This document shows, in pieces, positions 18,686-31,399 of a stretch of 64,000 nucleotides of DNA. The stretch comes from the human T2T-CHM13v2.0 reference genome, Homo sapiens. Made by a program: the position numbers and the translations under genes. The stretch lies in assembly GCF_009914755.1 (NCBI RefSeq), contig NC_060932.1, one strand, 5' to 3'. How positions within the stretch are numbered: position 1 is the stretch's first letter; every line of letters begins with the position of its first letter. The notes under the pieces are model-generated. The model did not search any database. It was not told the origin of the DNA and saw nothing but the letters and a program-made list of their open reading frames with translations.

Positions 18686-19113
18686 CATACCAGTTTGCTA
18701 AGATTGCTGTAACAAAGTACCACAAACTAGGTGGCTTAAACAGCAGAAACTTTTCTCTGAGTTCTGGAGGCTAGAAGTCAGAAATCAAGGTGTTGGCAAG
18801 GTGGGTTCCTTCCGAGAGATGTGAAGGAAAGTTCTGTTCTGGGCCTCTCTTCTTGGTTTGTAGATGGTTGCCTTCATGTTCACATGGCATTCTCCCCGTA
18901 TCTTCACATCTTCCCTCTGTGCATATTCGTGTCCAAATTTTCTCTGTTTATAAGGACTACGGCCATATTGGAGTAAGGCCTAAGCTAACAACCTCATTTT
19001 AACTTGATTACCTCTATAAAAATCCTGTTTTTCAATGAAGGTCACATTCGAAGGTACTGAAAGTTAGAACTTCAACATATGAATTTTGGTGGAGCACAAT
19101 TCAGCCCATAGCA
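18686..19113 (-). mobile_element. MaLR solo LTR (MLT1C/D-like)
   Basis: TTGCTGTAACAAAGTACCACAAACTAGGTGGCTTAAA..CACAATTCAGCCCATAGCA; 5-bp TSD ATGAT/ATGAC. Confidence 0.85.
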
Positions 19114-19494
19114 ATGACCTTTGGCCACACACCCAACAATGTGATATGGCTGTTCTCCGAATTGCTAGCAACCTCAGTGCTGGGATGGATGGTGGGTACC
19201 TGCCAGTCCCACCTTTCAGTTGACCTGCTCCTTTACGGAGTCACTTTTTTGCCCTGTGAACCTGCTCCCCTTGTCCATAGTTTACTGTTCCACAGCAGTC
19301 AGCTGAGGTGATCATATTCTCCTTGGAATTTGGAATGGGGGACAAAGAGCCACTGATCTATAGAGGCTGAATTATTGAAATGTAGGCAAATAAATGCAGA
19401 AGCTCTGGGGCAGCTCTCCAGTCCATGGCCTTTGCCATACTCACTCCATGGCTGTTGGTATTCTTCTTGGGATTCTATGAGAAACCCCATCCCC

Positions 19495-19760
19495 CAACTC
19501 CCTCTCTCTTTCCCTCCCTTACTCTCTTTCTTCTTTTTTATCTTCCTTTTTTCCTTCCTTCCTTCCCTCCCTCCCTCCTCCCTCCCACCCTCCCTTTCTT
19601 CCTTCTTCCCTCCCTCCCTCCCTTCCTTCCTTCCTTCCTGCCTTCCTTCCTTCCCTCCCTCCCTCCTCCCTCCCACCCTCCCTTTCTTCCTTCTTCCCTC
19701 CCTCCCTCCCTCCCTTCCTTCCTTCCTTCCTGCCTTCCTGCCTTCCTGCCTGCCCTTTCA
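19495..19760. repeat. (CCTT/CCCT)n polypyrimidine tract with 88-bp higher-order duplication
   Basis: Marker TCCCACCCTCC with its A at 19587 and 19675. Confidence 0.9.
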
Positions 19761-21577
19761 TTATTTTTGAGTGTATTCGTCTTGAACTTGTTTAAAATTT
19801 ATTTATGTTTCTTACAACAACAAAAATCTTGGTTAAGAAAGATTTGTCATCTTTCCTAACCAACAAAAATCTTGGTTAAGAAAGATTAATAGATTTGTCA
19901 TCATTTAAATTTTTTAAATATATACTTTTCTCTGAATCCCAATATACAGAAAAAATAAGCAGAGTCTACTATGATGAAAGGAGGAGGTGGGTGCCCTCCC
20001 AGGTGCTCCTTCCAGTTTTTTCTTACTCCTCACCATCTCCACCCCCACAGGCATCCTGTTGCTGAGGGCTGTCTCTGGAACCCTGGGTCTGTGGCTTGAA
20101 AACCATGACGGTGTCTCACCCAGCTCCCAATTCTTGGGGCTTTAAACATCTTCCTCTATCTGTCATAAAAAATCCATCGATTTTTTAGAAAGTAACTGAG
20201 TTTGGGAAAATTATTTTCTGTCTATGAATAACCAGTGTCAAAAATATGGCTCCCCAAGAAGTTGGAGCCAATGAGTTTCCAAATAGGTGAAAACATGCCT
20301 TGAGATTTCTAACTAGAAATCCAAGAGCATAACTTCCCCAAATTACTTAAAAACCAGGGATTTTCCTATTTCTGACTGTGCTTGTTGTTTGTTCAAATTT
20401 TGGGGGGTTATTTGTTATTTTCAGTACCGTAGAGTTTGATAAATGAAGGAAAGTAGATTCCAATTACAAGTAAGTGATCATCAGTATAAGAGAACATTTT
20501 TTTCCCTAAAAAATCATGTGAATGAAATTGTTATTAATTGAGCAAGATATGCTGATAATATCTTTCCCTTATTTTTGTGAAGAGAAATTTAATGTAGCCT
20601 GTCTGCAACTCTTAAGACATGCAGGGAATATAAGGAAGAATAAAATGATCTCATTAATGGGTCCTTGTTTTAATTATAAAATGTTAAACACTAGTATTAA
20701 ACAAGGGTCTTATGTTCTTCATCCTGAATAAAGTATGCATGAGGGGTTGCATGCAGAGGTAGAATTAGGGTCTCCATGTGGCAAAGGTAAGGGAATATCA
20801 GGTGGGACGTAATCAGTATTTCAAAAAATCTAATTTTCTTCAAGCACTCCTGACTTGCTCCGTGATTCACATTTTCAATAGAAATGTGCCATGATGTCTC
20901 ATCTTTAATCGATTATACTTGTTTTTGAATTAAAAAAAATCACCAGGCAAGAACTGAACTGCCTTTGACCATCTAAGGAACCTACTGGGTCTTACTTTCC
21001 TTGTCTATAATAAAGCCTCTAAGTTATAATATTTTATATTTCTACTGATTTTGGAAAGCACATGCTATAAATCAATTTCTGATCAATGATGCTGCATTGC
21101 ATGAGTCCAGGTGCCACTTTTTATGTAGAGCACATGGCAACCCAGATTTGATAAGTCAATATTTTAATCAATTATATCTTATCCTCATTGCAATTAGTTA
21201 GCATGATGCCAGATTTTACTAAGCACACTGAGTTCAATTTACATACACATAAATCACTGACAAATTCCTTTGGCATTTCAATATGAGAGAAACTAAGCTC
21301 TCTCAATAATCTTTAGAATATAATTTCCATTTTGAAAAATAAATTAGCCAGAAATCAAAAATTTTTTTAAAAAAAACATCTATAATGAGGAAGAGAATGT
21401 TACAACATTAATTCATTTCCTAGACTAATAAATATTTCCTTTTCTTGTTTGGTCAATTCTTTTTCATCTGAAGATAAACAATAAAGAGCAAAAGTAAAAC
21501 TTAGAGAAACATTATTCGTTCAGACCTTCCCATAAGTGATGCCTTCTCCTCAGTTAGATCTTCTGTGAAAAAAGTTG

Positions 21578-21853
21578 TTTTACAGACAGGGTCTGGCTAT
21601 GTTGTCTCGGTTTGAGTGCAGCGGTCAATCATAGGTCATTGCAACCTCAAGCAATCCTCCTACCTCAGCCTCCCGAGTAGCTAGGACTACAGGCATGTGC
21701 CACCATGCCCAATTAAGTTCTCTTAATTTACTTTTTGTGGAGACAGTGTCTTGCTATGTGGCCCAGGTTAGTCTTGAACTCCTAGCCTCAAGCAATCCTC
21801 TCACCTTAGCCTCCCAAAGTGCTGAGATTACAGGAATCAGCAACCATGCTAGG
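21578..21853 (-). mobile_element. Degraded AluJ
   Basis: Both arms recognisable; CTCAAGCAATCCTC J-type motifs; internal deletion; eroded tail. Confidence 0.85.
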
Positions 21854-22215
21854 AAATGGATCTTGTTTCTAATATCATCCTTCATTGACCAATCTACAGC
21901 AGCTACCAGTTACTTTCAACCCTATTACTTCGGTTTAATTATCTTCCTTGAATTTATGACTAGCCTATGTTTTTGATTATTAATTAATTTATTATATGTA
22001 TCTCTACTAAAATAGACTTCGTGATTATGGGAACATTGCCTTATTCACGTCAATTATATTCTCAATGTTTACTACAGTGTCTAGCACACAGTAGAGATGC
22101 AGTTGATATTTGTTGAAGAAATGAATACTAGCGTCCTGCCTATCTCAAAAGAGAAGGAGAAGAGTGTATTGATTAAGAATAAACTAGAGAATGACAACCC
22201 AGTTTCAAATCCAAG

Positions 22216-22393
22216 AAGGATTAGCTACATAATTTGAAGAACCTAGCACAAAATTAAAATGCAGGACACATTATTCAATATGTATTAAGAATGTTGAGAC
22301 AGCAACAGTACAGCATTAGTTAGTGTGGACCCATTTAAAGGATGGGTTCTTTTCAAAGCAACTGCATAGGTTACATGGCCATGAAGCTGGCTG
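22216..22393. mobile_element. MER45A-like hAT-Tip100 MITE inserted in a MIR fragment
   Basis: GCTACATAATTTG..CACAAAATTAAAATGCAGG..GCAACTGCATAGGTTACATGGCCATGAAGCTGGC; flanks TTCAAATCC and TGATCTTGGGCAAG are MIR-like. Confidence 0.7.
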
Positions 22394-22709
22394 TAAATGA
22401 TCTTGGGCAAGACTCTGGGGATGTTACCAAGGATTTTCATTTGTGCTCCTGGATGAAAGGATTTGTTATTAATAAAGAATTCTGAGGAATGCTGGTAAAG
22501 GAGAGGTTTTTAATTTTTAAGTTTTTAAGGCGTTTTGGGGGACTGTTCTTCAGAAAATCAAGTGATCAGTTTTAGAAATGTGAACTTTTACAATGTTGAA
22601 TTTCAAAAGAATTTAAAAGATGGAGACTTCAAAAGATTTCAAAAATTTGGACCTTCTCTGTATGATGCAGAAGAAACTACTAGTGCTATCATCCCAATGT
22701 GTCTTTTTT

Positions 22710-24500
22710 GTTTCTCCATGTAACTGTGCATCCAAAATAGAGTATATATTACATATTTTCAACCTTATTAATGGACATTATACTGGATAGATAGTGTTGC
22801 ATTTTTAACTCTCTCACTATTATATTGTATAAAATGTATCTGGGTTTTGTATGTATTTTTATTTATTTCAACTACAGTATACTATGCCATTGAATGAATA
22901 TTATTATTACATTCTTTTTATGACAGATATTTAAGCAGTTTCCTCTTTACATCATAAAGTGCTACAGGTATTATTGTATATGTGTTTCTATGCACCTATG
23001 CTAGAGTTTCATTAAGAATTATATCTGGATGATAAACTATTGAATTGAAGGATATGGACATCTTCAGCAAGACATGGTATAACTGTTTTTATATTTGTTA
23101 CATAAACTCATTCTCCCATTAGACTCCAGAGTTGATAATTATTCATACCATCATCCGTGTCATTTTAATTTTGTCAGACCTCTTTTTCTATTGCCAGTCA
23201 GATGAGTTGGAAAAAATACTTACTGAGTTTTACTCTGCATTTCTCTTATTTCTACTGAGTTGGGCATTGTTTTATATTATTTTCATGAATATTCTATTGC
23301 CATTGTCTGTAAATTCCCTGTTTATATCATCTGCTGATCTTTCTATTGGATTGTTTATAGTTTTTTATTAATTTATAAGTACTTTGTTTCTGGATGCTAA
23401 TTCTTGGTGGTTAGATGTATCATGAATAATATCCTGAATCTATTGCTTTCTTTATTTGTTTTGGATGTCTTTGTCATGAAGATCCAGAAGCAAGTGAAAA
23501 CCTCAAATGGCTTAGACATGTATAATATATAATTTTCTTATACAGCAAGGATTCTAGAGTAGCTATCTTAAGGATTTAGTCAACTCAGTGGTTTCCGTAA
23601 TCATCCAGGATCTGGGTTATTTCCACCTTTCAGCTCAGTCAGCCTTAATGTTTCTCTTTTGTCCTTTGGCTTGTTCCCTTCTTTCCAACTGGGTGGCTGC
23701 CACATGGGCATCACATACAGACATGGAAAGAACTAGTTGAAAAGCTGCTGGTGTAACATTTTAAAAGCAATACATCTTTCTGATGAACACCGTTACATTT
23801 CTCAGTCTCACTGGCTACCCAAAAACCAATCCTGTGTGAAAAGAATGGTAAAAGTCAATGATTAACTTAGTCTTCTATAGGATTTTCTGCTGAGCTGAGA
23901 ATGGTGTCCTCTGCTTTGAGAGATAGGAATCTGAACACCACAAGAGTTCTGTTAGCAAGGAAGATGGAAAAGTTGTCTACTTTGTAGATGGGTGCTTTTC
24001 AAAGCAACTGCATTGGTTACACGGCCATGAAGCTGGCTGTAAATGATCTTGGGCAAGACGCTGGGGATGTGACTAGGGATTTTCATTTGTGCACCTGGAT
24101 GAAAGGATTTGTTATTAATAAAGAATTCTGAGGAATGCTGGTAAAGGAGAGGTTTTTAATTTTTAAATTTTAAGGCGTTTTGGGAGGCTATTGTAAATAA
24201 ATCCCTGGTCAATTGTATTTTATAAGCATTTATTGCTGATTTATATGGATACTGATGATTATATGTTGATCTTTTTATAAGGAAGCTTGCTGCATTTCCT
24301 TTTTAACCAAATATCATAATACATTTGTACAGAACTTTTACGAATACTGTATATTTGAAGGGCAATTTTGTATTTTTCTTTTTATTATTTATTTTCTTTG
24401 TTTTATTATATTGGCTAGGACTTTTGATATGATGTTAAGTAATAGCAGTTACAGCACATTTGTCTTGTTTCTTATTTTAATGGGAACTTTTATTTTCCAA
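22710..24500 (-). mobile_element. Very old L1M(E) remnant interrupted by an MLT1K/L-like LTR (~23480-23985) and a duplicated segment
   Basis: T-rich degraded L1 3'/ORF2 motifs (TGCATTTCTC, GCTATTGTAAAT, TTGGCTAGGAC); MLT1-like GTTCTGTTAGCAAGGAAGA. Confidence 0.6.
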
Positions 24501-26960
24501 ATGGATTCATATACTAGAACTAATTTCAATCTGTGGACATTTCTAAGAGATGTATATCAGAGCCATGTATATAAAATTTGTAATGGTCATGCACAGAAGA
24601 AATTGGCTATCTGGTAAGGCCTTAGGATTCCTACTGCAAGAAGTTTCCAAGCAATAGCTTGCCAACTTCTTTGTAAGTATATTGTAAGAATAGTTCAAGA
24701 TTACCTCAAAAACAGAACCGTCCCATCCCTGGCTTGTACTCACAGGATTAGATATTCCTTTTACTCACAATAATGGGAAGCAGCAATACATCTGTTGACA
24801 AGTTTATTTATTTATTTTCTTCATTAAACAAACATTTTAAGAAGTCACTAACTCTGGGATAAACTTTGCGAACTCATTATATATTCTATGTGGAGATATA
24901 AATATGTACACATATTAATAGTTACCAAATTGCACCATAACTGCTGCAAAGAGCTATATACAAAGATTTCAGGGAAAAAATGTTGAAAAATACACCCACA
25001 AGTAATGAAACAGAGGATGCGAAACAGTGAACCAGCCCATTGTAGCTAGTGTGCAGTGAAAAATAGCAGCAGAGTCAAAGGTTGCAAACTGATGCTGATG
25101 TGAAAAATGACAGTTTTGTTTTTCAGCAAACCCTCAGGATTTCTTATTCCATCCAGGTCCTGAGGAAAACGAAGGGTTTCGTGTGTCCCAGTAAGTCCAA
25201 CAACCATTGCTCTCCCTCTTCTTGTTCTTTGGTTACCTGTGGTTGCTTTGCTACAATCAGGATTTCAAATTGGTTGATGCTTCTAAGACAATATCTGAGA
25301 GTGTAACAGAAAGAAAAGAAAACAGGTTGGGGGCTGGATAAGAAGAATTGATGTTGTATTGTTGTTTTCTTTCTTCCTTCTGGATCCCAGAACCAGGGAG
25401 TTTATCACAAATGCTTTTATGATCCCTGAAGCCTAATGCTTCTGTAATAGAATATTGTCTTAGTAGGTAATTAATGAAGAAGCCCTCATGTTGTTCTTGT
25501 CTTGCTTATAGCATTAAAATCCAGGTAAAAATTTATTTTCTGGCAACCCACAATCACCTTCGATACACACTATTCACATTGTGCCCCATTTACAAAAGGA
25601 AAGAAACGATTCAGACTAAGTCTCGTACTTATAGTTGAAACTCGGCAAGGGTTGATTTCTGAAGGTTTTACACACTGGGAATCCAAGTCCATCTGGACAA
25701 AAAGATAAAGCTTTTCATAGATCATGTAAATGAAACACATAGATGACATTCCAGAATTGCCATTAAAAGACTTTTAACAAGTTGGACATGTTCAGTATCA
25801 TCCAAAAGTTTTCACTACCCTGTGACTTCTTAGAGAATTAAATTGCCGTCAGAGAACTTCAATAAGCCAGTGTTCAATTAGTACCTTTGTTTGTTTTTCC
25901 TTAGTCTTGTCAAAAGGAAGATTAATGTGCAGTTTTTCTGCACTCAAAACAGCTTTTCTTAAAAGGAATATGGTGTCTAAATCAAAATTCCATTTAGATG
26001 CAGGGAAACTGTGATTTTTTTTAATAGTGTGTGATGATCATTTCACCTTTCCTCCCATCTCCTTCACTCTTAAGTTTTTTCCCTTGTAAGCAAACATTTA
26101 ATCCTGCTTAACCCTTCTTCTGCACCATTCCCCAGTCCTGTGATGCTGAATACTATAATCTTTGAGTTTTAATGCATAGGTGAAAGAAAAAAAAGATTTC
26201 TGCAAAGGTGGAAGCTAAGAGAAAAAAACTGTAGGGTCATTTTACAAATGGAATCACTAAAAAGCCATGCATCTTGCTGGGTAATAGCACAGAACCTTTA
26301 AATCACAGAAATTAGAGACAGGAGACCTGTCAGGTCACCTTGTCCACCTCCTATAGCAGCTTTATGTATTTTGTGTGAAATGACATGCAGTGAAGCATTT
26401 ACCGGAGCCCTGGGGAGACTCTAGTCCTCAGTAATACATCTCCCTGTTGAGAAAATGTCATAGAGAACAGTCCAGCTTTTCTTTTGCCTAATTTCACATT
26501 GTTCTGCTTTGCTATCTCTTTTAAAAATGCAGCCACACATTCTTTTGCTCCTCCATCTTTAAAACCTACAACTTTGTAATATTACGTTATTATTGTCTTC
26601 CTTTGTAATTATTTGAGCCAAGCTATACAATTTGCATCTTAAAATACTACTTTAATCAGTCACCAATGCACCATGTAGTGACTTCCTAAAGGCTTATTCA
26701 TTACACTCCCATTTACCCTGATCAGAAGCTGTGTTTCATGTAATTTCATTTTTTTCATGTGTGTTTGTAGAATCAAGGAGTTCGCTCAATTCTTACGACA
26801 AGGAATGTGGTTCTCAAGCTAGTGACTGGACATCACAATTCCATTAAGATTCAGATAACTCCTACAGCCATTACTTATTTTCCTACACAAGTTTCTAGGA
26901 CACCATCAAGTCCAGTATCTCACAAATCTAAATACTTCCTGGTGTGTCAGCTTGTCCAAG

Positions 26961-27863
<903 letters not shown>

Positions 27864-28437
27864 CAATTGTATGTGTGAAGAAACACTGTTTAATACCTCT
27901 TGGGCAAAGCATGAGCACAGCTATATGACTGACTCTTTCTGGATAAGTTATTTTGTCTACATGTATTTCAAAATGCCATGTATTACACTACCTTCTGGAA
28001 GATAAAACTTCACATTTTGCAGATCCAAAAACCTTACTTCTCCTAGGTAGGAAATGGAGACACAATCTCCACTCAGGTTTCTAGGGTGAGCCAAAGTCAA
28101 TTGAACTTAAAGATCTGATTTTGATTCCAAGATGCTGTGCATTGGAAGGTAGAGACGCTCTTGTAATTATTCCTTCTCCACCCACCACCAGCACCCCCAA
28201 CACCATCACACTGGCCTCAAGTGGGTACACTGCTCACTGTTTAACATCCTGCCGTAGCATGGGCATGCAGTCTTTCTCACAATGCCCCAGGACAGGGCTG
28301 CAACATTTAGATAAGACTTTAGTAAAGGCTTTTGGACAACCACAGGGACACACACACAGAGAATCAGGTATGCAGATTACAACTTGAATTACTGGAATGG
28401 TAGATCACATTCCATATGAGTTTTTGGCCTATCTCTA

Positions 28438-28786
28438 TGATATGGTTTGGATGTGTCCCCACCCAAATCTCATCTTGAATTGTAGCTCCCATATGTTGTG
28501 GCAGGGACCCAGTGGGAGATAATTGAATCCTGGGGGCAGTTTCTATTCTCATGGTGGTGAATAAGTCTCACAAGATCTGGTGGTTTTATAAGGGGTTTCC
28601 TCTTTCACTTGACTCTCATTCCCTCTTGCCTGCTGCCATGTAAGACATGACTTTTGCCTTCTTCAGTGATTGTGAGGTCTCCCCAGCCACATGGAACTCT
28701 GAGTCCATTAAACTTCTTTTTTTTTTTTAATAAATTACCCAGTCTCAGGTACGTCTTTATCAGCAGCTTGAGAACAGACTAATAAA
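28438..28786 (+). mobile_element. THE1 (MaLR) solo LTR
   Basis: TGATATGGTTTGG..CCCACCCAAATCTCATCTTGAATTG..CAGACTAATA; perfect 5-bp TSD CTCTA at 28433 and 28787. Confidence 0.93.
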
Positions 28787-29699
28787 CTCTACTTAGAGAT
28801 TTTTTTCTTCCACCCAGGGCCCAAAGTATAGATATTATGATGCCTCAAATTTAAGACTCTTCTGAACCTGCCTAGTAAGAGTAATGCTGAGAGAGGAGTT
28901 ACTTGTCCTACCCTCTAGAGACTTTACTGAAGCTAGGAGCTGGAACATGCCCATGCATACCAGATGGACAAGGATAGTAAGCTTTTGTGCATTTTTTTTT
29001 CTCAGAGGGGATCAGAATATTACTGGGCCAAAAAACAACCTAAAACTTCCCCACAAAACCTGACAAACTTGTCTCAACATGCATTACTCTATAACAAAAA
29101 AATGGGGAACAGGATGTTGCAGGAGCAGTGGGAGGGAGAGAATGGCTGGTGGGCAGAGAGATAGAAAAGGAAAGAGAATTATGTGTTGAGTACTTACCCT
29201 GCAGGCATGTACTTTATGTACATTATCTCATTTACTCATTACCTAAATGATTTCCAGGTAGGTAAATGGAAAACAGTTCTGTCTCACTCTCTGGCTTATA
29301 CCCTTCCATCCACACAATGCTACACCATTTTTCAAAGACATGAGGTTTAATGAGACAATAATGTTGGTAAAGTGTTCTAATTTCCTCTGAGAAAAGGAGC
29401 CATAAAATTTTATTGTTATTGTTACACTTATTATTGAAGCTCAATGAATGCTTTAGTGGTGTCATTGATGTAACTAATATTACTCTCATTTATTTCATTT
29501 AGGGAACTAATGTCTAAAAATAAGAACAAGCAAATTTAGTGGGCTATAGATTCAGCTGGTTATCAAGTGCTACTTTGCAGATAGAGACCTTGAGGACTAA
29601 CTCAACAACCCAACAATCAAGGTCGAAGATGGTCTTGGGGGCAAAAGTGAAAAGTGTAACCACTAGGGACTCTTTCTAATGCTGGGCTTTCCCAAGGGG

Positions 29700-29820
29700 T
29701 GAGAAAGGGATGGATTAAAGGTGAAATGCTTGAAACATTGTATTCTCGGTCTGTAATTGCTGAGAAAGGGATGGAATAAAGGTGAAGGGCCTGAAACATT
29801 GTATTCTCTGTCTGTAATCG
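29700..29820. repeat. 61-bp tandem duplication (diverged)
   Basis: TGAGAAAGGGATGGA..TCTGTAAT copies at 29700 and 29761. Confidence 0.9.
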
Positions 29821-31399
29821 TTAAGGAATATAGCAATAATTCCTCCACTTGTTTGTGGAAATAACAATGGACCCAGTTTAGATAATTTGATTCTCCAGAA
29901 GGGCAGGCATTTTCTCCTTTCTATGAAAGAGTTTATTGTGTTAAGTATATAAAACAAAATTATGTCAAGGACAGGAAGGCACTACAAAATGACATGGAGT
30001 CATGCATATATTTAAGCACGAGCAGGAACCTTGGCATGATTAATTTTAGGTTTGCCATCTTAAAAATTCTTTACAGTGGGAAATAATTCAATTTCCTCCT
30101 AAAAGTTACATTTTTGCTTAAATAATCACCAGCTTGAACTGTAATTTAGAATGGAAGAATGAGAATTCTACCTGCCTTTTTATTTGTCAATTATGTGTTT
30201 AATTATCATTTGTCTAAGCTTGGACTTCATTGTGTTCACATTTTTTCCTGACGTGCTATGTTTGAAGAAATGTAGAATTCTGCACTTTATTCAGACCTTA
30301 CCTCTGATTAAAGCAGAAAGGGATGTCCATGTGATCCACTTTCCTTGTTTTCAGAGAAGAAAACTGAGACCTAGCGAAAACAAGTGCCTCAGCTGAGATC
30401 TCACAGTTGGTTAGCAGTGCTTGGCATTTAATCCAGGCCCCATTCCACGACTACATTTGTCCATTTCATTTATTAGGAATTTGTGTAGACAAGTCTTTCT
30501 GTTAAATTACTTTACCTTGAATTTGTCTCATCTTTTTCCTAAAAGGGCAATGCAGAATGAACACAAGGACTCCTTTGCTATCTATTGCTAAGTATAGGGA
30601 AGGTGGAAAGTACCTGGTTGCCTCTACAGCTCTTCTCTGTGTCCTTGTGTGTGGCACCACTGTTTGACAGCAAAACTAAGCCAATGCCTTGCATTGAGGC
30701 ACACTGGGGATAAAAATCTCATTCATTGATTGATGAAAAACATGCAAGAACAAATTATTCCTTCATTGTCATTCATAAAGCATTTCCCTACCACCAAACT
30801 TCACATCTCCTCTTTTCCTTGCCTAATCTTGCTTTCCTACAGAAAATGTTCAGCATGGATAGTTGGGGGAAACAGGAGGGAAAATATAGGAAGTGGTTAG
30901 GAGAAAGGCAAGATTGACCCCAGCAAATGATTTTGAAGCATGCCTGGAAATAGTTGGCATCTCAGGCTAGACATAAATTCATTGTCTTGAGTTCACAGCA
31001 CTTGCCTTTTATTTTCTGGAAGTCACACTTCTTCAGTGAAATAAAAAATGTCCCTAATGGTGGTAATCTCACTTCTTCCATGGAAAAAAAAATTCTCATT
31101 ATCACCTCCTCTGCACACTCCTAACCAACCTCCCAGTAATCTTGTTCTCTTTAATTAACCTACTTCCTGTAATTGAAAAAAAATGAAGGAAATCTTTTTA
31201 TTTGGCCAGCTTATAATTTAGTTTATATAGAGGAACATTTTATTTTTTAAGCTAAAACTATAATACAATATCAAATAGAGAGTAGGTGCTAAAATATCTG
31301 ATGAGCGAGTGGATTGATTGGATGATGAGTTTAGTAATCATTTTTTTGGTACTTAGACTGGTCAGCCTTTTTAGGAGGGGGAGACAGATAGATAGTTAC

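Noticed and set aside
19299-19859. Four overlapping ORFs (GREG- and LPS-rich)
   Set aside because: Artefact of the CT microsatellite.
20426-20476. Plus-strand AG..GTAAGT mini-exon
   Set aside because: Stops in all frames and no supporting neighbours.
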